Shown: positions 34,463 to 42,772 of the stretch, in pieces
How positions within the stretch are numbered: the first letter of the stretch is position 1
Layout of the letters: each line of letters opens with the position of its first letter
Virus record (IMG/VR): IMGVR_UViG_3300022204_000183
Length of the DNA: 42,772 nucleotides
Direction: 5' to 3' (one strand)
Source: a virus
Taxonomy: Duplodnaviria; Caudoviricetes
The notes under the pieces: generated by a model
What the model saw: the letters and a program-made list of their open reading frames with translations, nothing else
What the model was told of the DNA's origin: nothing
The model's database searches: none
Program-made: the position numbers and the translations under genes

Positions 34463-34773
34463 TCATCGCGGTCGATGTCGCGTCCAATCCGAAAGACTTC
34501 GACTGCGTGAATTGCAAGGAGCGGTACTGTGACGAAAAAAACCCGTGCCCGGTTAAAAAATGGACGATAAAGGATCCAAGGGGAGAGGTCATTCTGGAAA
34601 GCAGAGTATGCCCCCTCGGCCTCATTCCGCCGGAGGCGAATCTCCTCTTCGAACTGTACGAACATTATCGGCAGGGTCGGTTGATGTTTCCGTCCCGCGG
34701 ACTGTTGGAACAGCCGAACTACTATCTTCAAATAATGAGACTGCTGGATAAGCTATGGCGAAACCGAAAGTAG
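34453..34773 (+). CDS. Frameshift extension of the tail chaperone (gpGT-like)
   Basis: A AAA AAC at 34453-34459; the -1 frame is open from LIIAVDV... to 34773. Confidence 0.8.
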   Translation, partial: KKLIIAVDVASNPKDFDCVNCKERYCDEKNPCPVKKWTIKDPRGEVILESRVCPLGLIPPEANLLFELYEHYRQGRLMFPSRGLLEQPNYYLQIMRLLDKLWRNRK

Positions 34774-36434
34774 AATATCTGATCTCGGCGACCGACGTTA
34801 CGAAGGCCGCATGGACATCCGCCATGAACGGCCTCAACCGGCTGAAAGGGGCGATATTCAACGTTCATACGGCGGTAGTATCTCTCGCGACCGTCGGTTT
34901 CGGCGCGCTCGTAAAATCATCATTGGATTCCGTGGATGCTCTTGCAAAAGCGTCGCAGAAGATAGGTGTAGCCACAGAGACACTTGCGGGGCTTCGCTAC
35001 GCCGCCGAACAGAGCGGAGGGAGCGTAAAGGGGCTCGACGAAGCGCTGGTAAAAGCGGAAAAACGTCTGGGAGAGTTTGCCTCAAACGGCGGGGGAGCCG
35101 CTGCCATATGGCTCAAACATTTCAATTTTAATATCGGGGAGCTTCAGGATCTAAGTCCCGACCAGCTCTTTCTCCGTTATGCCGACGCTATATCATCGCT
35201 CAATACACGGGGCGAACAGATGGCGGCTATCTCGGCTCTCATGGGCGATGAATCCCGCTCTCTTCTGCCTCTCCTTGATGAAGGCGCGGCGGGGATAGAG
35301 GCTCTATCTTCACGCGCTGAATATCTCGGACTTACCCTTTCGGGTGTCGACGCGCAGAAGGTGGTAGAGGCAAACGACGCGCTCCAGGATGCTGGCAAAG
35401 CTTTTGAAGGTCTGGTGCAGGTTCTCGTGGTGAAATACGCCCCCGCGATAGAGAAAATCGCCGGCATTATAACCGAGATGACGGTTGCCGTCCGTGAAGG
35501 GGAGCGTGAACAGGCTCAAGCGTGGCGGAGCGAGTACGACGCGCTGAAGATCAAGGAATCGATCTATGGACATTTGAGTGAATCGGAGCTCCAGCGCCTC
35601 GAATACCTTAAAGAGGTCGTAAATTTCGAAAACAGACATATGAGCATCATGCAGTCGATGGCATCGGTGAAGATGAAGAGCATCGACCCAATAGTAAAAA
35701 TTACGCCGGAGATAGATGAAGAGGGAAAAGGTTTCTCGGAAGCTCAGGAGCGGAAGCTGGCTCTCGAGAAGGAGTATAACCGGCGGAGCGCCGAGATAGC
35801 GCAGGAGTGGGATGATATCTGGTCGAGCGCGGGCAACCGTTTTGCCGCCGGAGTGGGAGACTCGGTTGCCGAAGCGGTCGTTCACATGGAAAAGTTTTCA
35901 GATGTCGGACGCGCTATGGAGCAGGTGTTCCAGGGGGTCGCAAAACAAATTATCTCGACAATGGTAGAGATAGGAATAAAAAAGGCGGTTCTCTCCGCGT
36001 GGGAATCGGCGGAACGTGCCAAGACCACGACGGAAGTGGTTGCCATGAACGCGGCTATCGCCGCCAGCTCGGTCGCTCCTGCCGCGGGGGTTTCGCTTGC
36101 CACGGCAGGCGGAAACGCAGTTCCAGCCGCGTCCGGCATCGCGGCAGTTATGGCCGCCGCCGCCGTGATAGGGCAGGCGCATGACGGGATATCGAACATT
36201 CCGCGAGCGGGTACATGGATGCTCGATGGGGGGGAGCGTGTGGTTAAGCCTTCCGACAATAAAAAACTTTCAAACTTCCTCGATCGTCAGGAAAGTTCCG
36301 GCCAGCCGACGAATGTGAACGTGACCATCCACGCGATCGACGCGCAGGGGGTGGAGCAGTTGCTCACGTCGCAGAGTTCCACGCTCGTTAATATCCTGCT
36401 CCGCGCGATGAAAGAGAAGGGGGGGAGGCTGTAA
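34755..36434 (+). CDS. Tape measure protein (short, 559 aa)
   Basis: Ala-rich helical protein; C-terminal AHDG...GTWMLDGGERV motif. Confidence 0.9.
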   Translation: MAKPKVEYLISATDVTKAAWTSAMNGLNRLKGAIFNVHTAVVSLATVGFGALVKSSLDSVDALAKASQKIGVATETLAGLRYAAEQSGGSVKGLDEALVKAEKRLGEFASNGGGAAAIWLKHFNFNIGELQDLSPDQLFLRYADAISSLNTRGEQMAAISALMGDESRSLLPLLDEGAAGIEALSSRAEYLGLTLSGVDAQKVVEANDALQDAGKAFEGLVQVLVVKYAPAIEKIAGIITEMTVAVREGEREQAQAWRSEYDALKIKESIYGHLSESELQRLEYLKEVVNFENRHMSIMQSMASVKMKSIDPIVKITPEIDEEGKGFSEAQERKLALEKEYNRRSAEIAQEWDDIWSSAGNRFAAGVGDSVAEAVVHMEKFSDVGRAMEQVFQGVAKQIISTMVEIGIKKAVLSAWESAERAKTTTEVVAMNAAIAASSVAPAAGVSLATAGGNAVPAASGIAAVMAAAAVIGQAHDGISNIPRAGTWMLDGGERVVKPSDNKKLSNFLDRQESSGQPTNVNVTIHAIDAQGVEQLLTSQSSTLVNILLRAMKEKGGRL

Positions 36435-37102
36435 TGGAAACCTTCCCCTCGACTATCCCTATTTCGATGGTCGGAGACGTTCGCAACAATGTTCTCACGC
36501 TCAAGTCCCGCTCAGAATCGCAGAAACTCTTCACGCGCCGTACGGGGGGGCAGTTCTGGAGCTTCACGATAAAAATGCCTCCGCTCAAGGCGGATGAGTT
36601 TGCCGCGTTCGAGGCGTTCACGCTCCGTCAGAACGGAGGGGCGGAGCCGTTCCAGATAGTCCTTCCGCATCGAAAGCTCGCGCGCGGGGTGGCGACAGGA
36701 ACGCCGCTGGTAAACGGCGGGGCGAAGGCAGGCGCGACTGTCGTTTATGTAGACGGCTTTACCCCCGGCATTACATCCATCATGATGGAAGGGGACATCA
36801 TCAAGTTCGGCTCACATTCAAAAGTCTATACGAATCTCTATAACGTCACCAGCGCGGCAGACGAAGCGCTTCAGACTGAAACCGGCGAGGACCTCATCAC
36901 TGAAGCAAGCGAGGTTATTCTCCTTGAAAGTAGCAATCAGGCAATGCTCACCATCTGGCCCCCGCTCGTCCAGGACGTGCCGGACAATGACACGGTGACG
37001 GTCAACGGCGTTCCCTTCACAGTGGTAATGACAACGCCGATCTATTCGATATCGGCCCCAAATATATACGCAACTGAACTCGACATGGAAGAGGATTTCT
37101 AA
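36434..37102 (+). CDS. Distal tail (Dit-like) protein
   Basis: GQFWSFTI..PPL, GDIIKF, LTIWPPL; follows the tape measure. Confidence 0.75.
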   Translation: METFPSTIPISMVGDVRNNVLTLKSRSESQKLFTRRTGGQFWSFTIKMPPLKADEFAAFEAFTLRQNGGAEPFQIVLPHRKLARGVATGTPLVNGGAKAGATVVYVDGFTPGITSIMMEGDIIKFGSHSKVYTNLYNVTSAADEALQTETGEDLITEASEVILLESSNQAMLTIWPPLVQDVPDNDTVTVNGVPFTVVMTTPIYSISAPNIYATELDMEEDF

Positions 37103-37114
37103 AGGAGCAACAAT

Positions 37115-37699
37115 ATGGCAAAAAAATATTCGGAACTACCTGCGGCAACTCTGCCGTTAGCAAAAACTGATAAAGCGGCGATAGTGCAGTCCGGGGTATC
37201 AAAGCAGGTCGACGTATCCAATCTGTCATTAAAAGCCCTGGAAGGTTCCACGAATGGAAACCTTACAAGATCGTTTACCGTGCGATTAACAAGGGATTCG
37301 GCGGGGGCCACATCGAAAGCGCAGATTTTCACGCCATCCGGGGGAGGTGCCGGGTTCAATCATGGGGGGAAATTAAATACGACCCTAAGCGCATCTATCG
37401 CAAACGGCGGCAACGCTTCGGTTGGTACCGCCGGAGTGGATAAAGTTACTTTCGCTATCAATGCCGGGGGCAACACATTGACGCTTACTTTTGATAACGG
37501 CGAAACGATAACGAATTTAACTACGGCGGTATATTCGGCATCCAGTACCGGATTGGATTTTTATCCCAAAATAGACCAGGCCGGGTCCACTTTGGTTTTA
37601 TCATTCAGAGATAATCTGTATGCGGCGGTAGATTTCAATGCGATAGCGGTCAATAAATTCATTGAAGCAAGATTAGAGTATATAGTGGGGGGTGTCTAA
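37115..37699 (+). CDS. Putative tail fibre/appendage protein
   Basis: N-terminal KKYSELPAA...IVQSGVSKQV motif followed by a beta-rich domain. Confidence 0.6.
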   Translation: MAKKYSELPAATLPLAKTDKAAIVQSGVSKQVDVSNLSLKALEGSTNGNLTRSFTVRLTRDSAGATSKAQIFTPSGGGAGFNHGGKLNTTLSASIANGGNASVGTAGVDKVTFAINAGGNTLTLTFDNGETITNLTTAVYSASSTGLDFYPKIDQAGSTLVLSFRDNLYAAVDFNAIAVNKFIEARLEYIVGGV

Positions 37700-38005
37700 A
37701 TGTCGAAGTGGGAATCAGAAACAACGGAACTTGAAAGCAAGGCGCAACTAAAAAGGCATCGCGCCCATAAGATCGAAGAACTTACATTCGATAACGAATT
37801 ATCTCCGTGGTGCGATGCGGACAAGGTGAAGCAGGCGGTTTTGTTTGCCGAGGCGGACGCTGAATATGAGCAAAGAAAAGCGAACTTGAAAACAGCTATT
37901 TTGGAGCTTTCCGCAAGTGAACGGTCTATCTATTTTACGGAGATAGGCGTGCCGACCGATACAGATGTAAACGTCTGGCTCGCTCCAAGTCCGGTGGTGG
38001 TGTAG
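37700..38005 (+). CDS. Hypothetical protein (fibre-associated)
   Basis: Coupled to the preceding gene. Confidence 0.6.
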   Translation: MSKWESETTELESKAQLKRHRAHKIEELTFDNELSPWCDADKVKQAVLFAEADAEYEQRKANLKTAILELSASERSIYFTEIGVPTDTDVNVWLAPSPVVV

Positions 38006-38009
38006 CCCC

Positions 38010-38567
38010 ATGCCCCGAACCCTCACGACGGCGGTAAAGACGGCGCTTGCGAGCGGGAACATCAATCTGTTCCACTTCGTCTCGCTCGCCTTCTCCACGA
38101 CTATCTATTACACTACCGCCCCGTTCAGCATTTCATGGAACGGCGTGACATGGGTAGCGTCCGGCAATATTCTGAGACTGCCCGATATTACGGAAGAGCT
38201 GGAGCTCCGCGTCGGCTCGTGCGAGCTCGTACTCTCCGGCGTGAATACCGATAACATCGGGCTGATGCTGTCGGAGAAGTTTCTCGACAGGGAAGCGGTG
38301 ATATACCGTTTCCTGCTCGATTCAAACAACGCGGTCATTGCCGATCCGTGGATCCACTTCAAGGGGCGTATATCCACATGGAGCCTGGCGGAAGATTCAT
38401 CCAGCGGATCCAGCCTCTTGAGCCTTGATCTCGCGTCCGCACTCGCCAACTTCGAGCAGGTCGGCGGTCGACGGGGTAATCATGAGGATCAGCAGATAGT
38501 AGACCCGGGGGATGAGGGATACAAGGACGCGGATCATCAGGTCGCCATACCGTGGGGGCGAGGATAA
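38010..38567 (+). CDS. Minor tail/hub protein (gpL/DUF2163-like)
   Basis: MPRTLT, ISWNG.TW...G, FKGRI, DQQ...PGDEG...IPWGR. Confidence 0.75.
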   Translation: MPRTLTTAVKTALASGNINLFHFVSLAFSTTIYYTTAPFSISWNGVTWVASGNILRLPDITEELELRVGSCELVLSGVNTDNIGLMLSEKFLDREAVIYRFLLDSNNAVIADPWIHFKGRISTWSLAEDSSSGSSLLSLDLASALANFEQVGGRRGNHEDQQIVDPGDEGYKDADHQVAIPWGRG

Positions 38568-41074
38568 TGGGTTTTTCAATTAATATCCCCACACCGAAAA
38601 TAACCATCCCGAAGGTAAATATCGGGAACAAGATAGCGAACGCCGGCATATGGGCGGCGAACCAGCTCACAGGCGCAGGTATCCCCACGATAGAACAGAG
38701 CGAAAATGCGATCAATCGCACGATGGATGGTATCGGCGCGGAACTCGATAGATTGACGCATCTGGCAAAACTCGCAAAGGCTTCTGTCTATTCGGATATT
38801 TCCAAGATACCGATACCGTACGGCGTAACCCGCGCGGAAGGGCGCGTGAAATACAGGAACTACTCCGGCACAAAGGACGAATACCTCCATCTCTGCATAG
38901 AGTTCGGCGAAGGGGAGGTCGGCGGAATAGACGAGATATATTTCGACGAAGAGCTCGCGTTCAACGCGGCAGGCACCCTGCAGGCAAGATTCAAGGACGA
39001 CGCCAGCAATCCCTACGCATGGGTGACGAAGCATTATGGCACGGTCCCGCAGACGGCCGACGCCGGTCTGATGGCGGAGTTCGGAACGGACTATCCGTCA
39101 ACGCGCCGGTTCACAGGTACCGCCTATATATATCTTAAACTACAGTACGACCAGAACATCTATACCCGCGTTCCGCACATAACGGCGAATATCCGGGGGC
39201 GGAAGGTTTACGACCCGCGCAACGGCACGACCGCCTACAGCGCGAACGCCGCGCTGGCGATAAACGATTACCTCCAGTTTCCCCGGGGTGGCAAGGGACT
39301 GCCGTCGTCGATGGTGAACGCGGACTATATAAAATCGGCCGCCGATGTCTGCGACCAGCAGGTCGAGGAGTTCCAGGGTTCCGGCACGACCATCGCGAAG
39401 TTCGAGGCAAACGGTCTGGTCGACACGTCGAAAACGATGTTCCAAAATATTCAGGATCTCCTTACAGCCTGTCGAGGCTGGCTGCCGTTCATCCAGGGGG
39501 AGTACCGCCTCATCATAGAAAAGGACGAAGAGCCGGTGTTCGACTTCGACAGCTCGAACGTGATGGAAGGAACCCTCACCGTTAGCGGAGGGTCGAAGGA
39601 GGATATGCTCAACCGCGTGAAAGTGAAGTTCTCAAACCGGATAACCGATTCCGGCACAGGCGCGATAAGCTGGCAGCCGGGCCTAGCCGTGGAGGACAGC
39701 TCTGTTTTCCGCGCGGATGATAACGGAGTGGTGCTCGAAAGCGAGATCGAGATGCCGTTCGAGATCTCGCCATACCGCGCGCACTACCGGGGCGAAACAG
39801 TTCTCAAGCGGAGCCGTCAGCCCCTTGCCGCGTCGTTCGTTGCCAGCCCGGAGGCTATCGTCTGCACGCCTGGTGACGTGGTGACATATACAAAAGATTC
39901 GCTTGGCTGGGAGAAAAAGAAGTTCCGCATCCACAAGATGATGCACCCGGCCGACTCGCTCGGCCTGGTCGCGGTCGTGCTGAAGGAGCACGAGCCGACG
40001 GTATATGACCACACCGTCCCGGTCGAGATAACCACACCGCCAGACACGACGATCCACAGCATGTTCTCTGTTCCGGCGCCGACCGGTCTGACGCTTCTTG
40101 CCGATAATTCGGTACATCAGACCGGGCCTGATGGTACGGTCATTCACCGCATAAAGGCGACATGGACCGCCCCGGCGGACGCGTTCGTGGTCGATTACGA
40201 TTTTGAATACAAGGTGAGCGGAGGGGCGGAGGACTGGACGCGGACACGGATACCGAAAACGACTGAACACTATATCAAAGGGGTGAAGGGGGAGCAGAAT
40301 TATGATGTCAGGGTTCGCGCCGTCAACTCGATAGGCGTTGTCTCTCCATACGTCACCAAGACGAACTGGCCAGTAAATAAGAAAACCACCACGCCAAGCG
40401 CGCCAAGCAGTTTATCTGCCGCAGCAGTATTTGGCGGAATAAGATTGAAGTGGATTAATCCTACGGAAATAGATTTTAGCTATATCAAAATATATAGGCA
40501 CACCAGTGATTCCCTTTCTAGCGCGACCATGATTGCAGATGTGCGGGGTAATGTATTTATAGATAAATATGCCAATCCCGGTAACACATATTATTACTGG
40601 ATTGTCGCTATTAATACAAGCGATTCCGCCAGTGCATTTCATCCTGCGCTTAACGGGGTTACATGTGTAAGTGATGATATACAGAAGAAAATTAAAAGCT
40701 ACAATGCTGGGCCGGTAACGATCGCATATTCAGCCCCCGGTATGTTGTTAAACCAGATACAACTTCCCGCTGTTCCAACAAAATATGAGTGGCAATGCAA
40801 GGTGAAAAACACATCTACCTCAGCGGTAAATTACAATATAGTTATAGAAACACGTTCACTTATCGGTGGCTCATGGACATATTGGGCGGTAAAAACTTAT
40901 AATTTTACAGTCGCGGCATTAACTGAAGATCATAAATATGGCTATGTGAATAACAGATCCCCTTACATGTGGAACAGTTATCATAATATAAAGGCTTACA
41001 CAACAACCGTTGGAGCAACATTGGAATTGTCGGAAATATTTTTCGAGGTGTGGGGGGAAGAGATCCCTTTCTAA
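38567..41074 (+). CDS. Tail tip / host-specificity protein (gpJ-like) with FN3 domains
   Basis: IPIPYG, GEGEV, RGRKVYDPR, DYL, PGDVV; FN3-like YDVRVRAVNSIG and YYYWIVAIN. Confidence 0.9.
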   Translation: MGFSINIPTPKITIPKVNIGNKIANAGIWAANQLTGAGIPTIEQSENAINRTMDGIGAELDRLTHLAKLAKASVYSDISKIPIPYGVTRAEGRVKYRNYSGTKDEYLHLCIEFGEGEVGGIDEIYFDEELAFNAAGTLQARFKDDASNPYAWVTKHYGTVPQTADAGLMAEFGTDYPSTRRFTGTAYIYLKLQYDQNIYTRVPHITANIRGRKVYDPRNGTTAYSANAALAINDYLQFPRGGKGLPSSMVNADYIKSAADVCDQQVEEFQGSGTTIAKFEANGLVDTSKTMFQNIQDLLTACRGWLPFIQGEYRLIIEKDEEPVFDFDSSNVMEGTLTVSGGSKEDMLNRVKVKFSNRITDSGTGAISWQPGLAVEDSSVFRADDNGVVLESEIEMPFEISPYRAHYRGETVLKRSRQPLAASFVASPEAIVCTPGDVVTYTKDSLGWEKKKFRIHKMMHPADSLGLVAVVLKEHEPTVYDHTVPVEITTPPDTTIHSMFSVPAPTGLTLLADNSVHQTGPDGTVIHRIKATWTAPADAFVVDYDFEYKVSGGAEDWTRTRIPKTTEHYIKGVKGEQNYDVRVRAVNSIGVVSPYVTKTNWPVNKKTTTPSAPSSLSAAAVFGGIRLKWINPTEIDFSYIKIYRHTSDSLSSATMIADVRGNVFIDKYANPGNTYYYWIVAINTSDSASAFHPALNGVTCVSDDIQKKIKSYNAGPVTIAYSAPGMLLNQIQLPAVPTKYEWQCKVKNTSTSAVNYNIVIETRSLIGGSWTYWAVKTYNFTVAALTEDHKYGYVNNRSPYMWNSYHNIKAYTTTVGATLELSEIFFEVWGEEIPF

Positions 41075-41727
41075 TAATTTTTAGACATTAGCCGCACAGC
41101 GTAGTAGTTGCTGTGTTGCAGGTCGGCGATGTCGAGCAAAGTTTTGTCGAACTCGAAATACACAGCCTGACCTTTGGTCGCGCCTTGCACGAGGAAATCA
41201 GACGTAGCATGCCATGCAAAAACCGTATCAGGGAACATGTCATATTTGCCAGCCAATGAAAGTAGGCTCTCGGCTGTTGGTAGTGTCCAGTTCGTCCGTC
41301 CGCAAAAAGCGATATCGTTGACTGCATTTATATAGAAGGGCATAGTGCAAGTATAAGGAGAATCTCCATCTGGGGGGTAAGTGAAAGTGTTGCGGTAATC
41401 TCTTAATCCCCTGTGATCAGTCCCAAGCGTTTTTACTTCCCATATGACATTTAATTCTTTATCTTCTACGCATTGCCACGCTTGGGTGCTGTATTTAGCC
41501 GTCTGGTCGGAAAGAGGTTTTCCAGATACATCAAGCTTTACAAATCTTGAGTCTGGGAACTGCTGGTCGTTGACATTCTCTTTCCCGCGTACTGTTATGC
41601 TTTTGTAGCGGATGTCTGTTGGGGGCTCACATATCACATCTGTTGTTCCCGGAGCCGCCTGATTATCGTTACCCGACGGGACCCCGCACGACACCAGAAA
41701 CAGGGAGATTAAAAGAAGCCATTTCAT
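41071..41727 (-). CDS. Lipoprotein with a DUF1566 (Lcl C-terminal, CLec-like) domain
   Basis: Lipobox LVSC; CVED...IWEVK, CGRTNWTLPT..EL-like, FPDT, AVRL. Confidence 0.8.
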   Translation of the reverse strand: MKWLLLISLFLVSCGVPSGNDNQAAPGTTDVICEPPTDIRYKSITVRGKENVNDQQFPDSRFVKLDVSGKPLSDQTAKYSTQAWQCVEDKELNVIWEVKTLGTDHRGLRDYRNTFTYPPDGDSPYTCTMPFYINAVNDIAFCGRTNWTLPTAESLLSLAGKYDMFPDTVFAWHATSDFLVQGATKGQAVYFEFDKTLLDIADLQHSNYYAVRLMSKNY

Positions 41728-41831
41728 TCAGTTCACCTCGAATGTTCCTTTCTGATTTGTAGTGAAAATATACCATAGAGTAGGCACTACAGGAACTGGA
41801 AAAAAGGTCTACTTGTATATATTCTTCACTC

Positions 41832-42608
41832 TCATCCCTGCACCTCCGGGGGTGGGGGAGGCTCGGCCTTCCTGGTAGTCCTTGCGCTTGCGCGGTTCAG
41901 TTTCTTTACCGCATCCATCGCCTTATCCCCGTCTACAAGGTCGCGCTTCAAGACCTCCTGTTTCACGACCGGCGCGATGTCCCCTATCTCTAGCCTCACT
42001 TTGGGATTGAGCTTCTTGAGTTCCTTTCTGATCTCTTTCAGCACGGAGTCACCCATGATCGCGGCCGCAATCAGGTATCGGCTCACAGCCTGCCTTTGGG
42101 CATGGAACTCTTTTAGAGATGAGTTACCCCGCCCCTCTTTCGAAAGGAGGTAAAGGCTTTCTATATCGTCCGTTTTTCTGTGGTTCATCTCAAGGAGATT
42201 GAAGGAGAGCACGATCTCCTTGTCGATAGGCTGGGCGAATTTGATTTTATATATAAGCCATTCGATTCCGTTTGTAAGAGCCACCCACTCGCAACCTTCG
42301 TTGGCAGCGTAATCGACCGACTGTTTTGTATGCTTGTCTTTGAGGTCGAGGCCGATGGCTTTTACTTCTATGAGCAGGAGAAGCCTGTTCTTTACCTTGA
42401 TGGCAAGATCGCAGTACGTTCCCCTGATGGCATATTCGGATGTGATGTCGCTGTATTTGTCGTAGCCGAACAGATCCTCTAGCAGGTCTTTGATGATGGT
42501 TACGGTATCAGCTTCGTTTATGTCTCGCTCCTTTGCAGACGCAAGAATAGACTGATAATTTTTTAACTTTTTACTGATACGCTCGACGACCCTTTTCGGA
42601 ACAGCCAT
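41832..42608 (-). CDS. Stand-alone HsdR N-terminal-like PD-(D/E)xK nuclease
   Basis: NEADT, FGYD, EY, CDLAI, IEVK, Q...YA, LTNG..W motifs. Confidence 0.8.
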   Translation of the reverse strand: MAVPKRVVERISKKLKNYQSILASAKERDINEADTVTIIKDLLEDLFGYDKYSDITSEYAIRGTYCDLAIKVKNRLLLLIEVKAIGLDLKDKHTKQSVDYAANEGCEWVALTNGIEWLIYKIKFAQPIDKEIVLSFNLLEMNHRKTDDIESLYLLSKEGRGNSSLKEFHAQRQAVSRYLIAAAIMGDSVLKEIRKELKKLNPKVRLEIGDIAPVVKQEVLKRDLVDGDKAMDAVKKLNRASARTTRKAEPPPPPEVQG

Positions 42609-42652
42609 GACAACACACCCTCTCTAACTCTGATTAATTCATCTCCACTTAT

Positions 42653-42772
42653 TCACCTGGTGAACAGGATGACCGCGAGAAGTTGTAATACAACGAACCC
42701 GACCAGGTATAGAAGAGCGTCAGCCATGCTCATGAGCCACCTCTTCGCGACCGCTGCCACTGTCAGGATCAT
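42653..42772 (-). CDS. Small hydrophobic ORF at the window edge (39 aa, possibly partial)
   Basis: MILTVAAVAKRWLMSMADALLYLVGFVVLQLLAVILFTR; the window ends exactly at its ATG. Confidence 0.35.
   Translation of the reverse strand: MILTVAAVAKRWLMSMADALLYLVGFVVLQLLAVILFTR

Larger units (their letters stand above)
1..41074. mobile_element. Temperate siphovirus-like prophage (integrase to tail-tip gene; may extend to 42772 through right-end morons)
   Basis: Ordered modules: integrase, repressor, replication, lysis, terminase, portal, protease, capsid, tail tube, frameshifted chaperone, tape measure, tail tip. No sheath gene. att sites not visible. Confidence 0.95.

Noticed and set aside
38567-42772. 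Diversity-generating retroelement
   Set aside because: No reverse transcriptase and no TR/VR pair found by eye, despite the DUF1566-like domain.
1-42772. attL/attR, tRNA or rRNA genes
   Set aside because: The window begins at the integrase stop codon, no terminal direct repeat was seen, and no tRNA or rRNA-like sequence was recognised.
42653-42772. VAAVAKRW resembling VTAVAKRW of the HTH at 19926
   Set aside because: The DNA match is poor and the remainder is hydrophobic; probably coincidence, and the context is cut off.

Overview
The window is a near-complete temperate long-tailed (siphovirus-like) prophage, cut at gene boundaries so no att sites are visible. From left to right it carries a tyrosine integrase, an accessory/immunity region and a long rightward early operon. 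The accessory/immunity region has an arm-domain/GIY-YIG fusion, an orphan response regulator, an operator-controlled three-gene module, hicBA and an XRE repressor. The early operon has a CII-like protein, a pentapeptide-repeat protein, VRR-NUC, DUF3310, ThyX, an HD protein, Gp37/Gp68, a C5 methyltransferase, a replication initiator plus DnaC-like loader and many small Cys-rich ORFs. Then come a lysis region (DHH phosphoesterase, amidase, holin, lytic transglycosylase), lambda-type terminase/portal/S49 protease with a Mu-gpT-type capsid, non-contractile tail genes and two reverse-strand morons (DUF1566-like lipoprotein, HsdR-N-like nuclease). Two signals stand out. First, a dispersed 28-bp palindrome (CTGGATCCCCGC-N4-GCGAGGATGACA) occurs as 7 full copies plus 2 half copies, only in the early half. 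It shows stem covariation and strand-specific GNAN loops, mostly sits at gene junctions, and one copy lies inside the GIY-YIG fusion ORF. Second, the methyltransferase locus has two same-strand frames open for about 410 codons, with motif IX and the putative target-recognition repeats in the +1 frame. All family assignments come from motif recognition by eye; no database searches were run.
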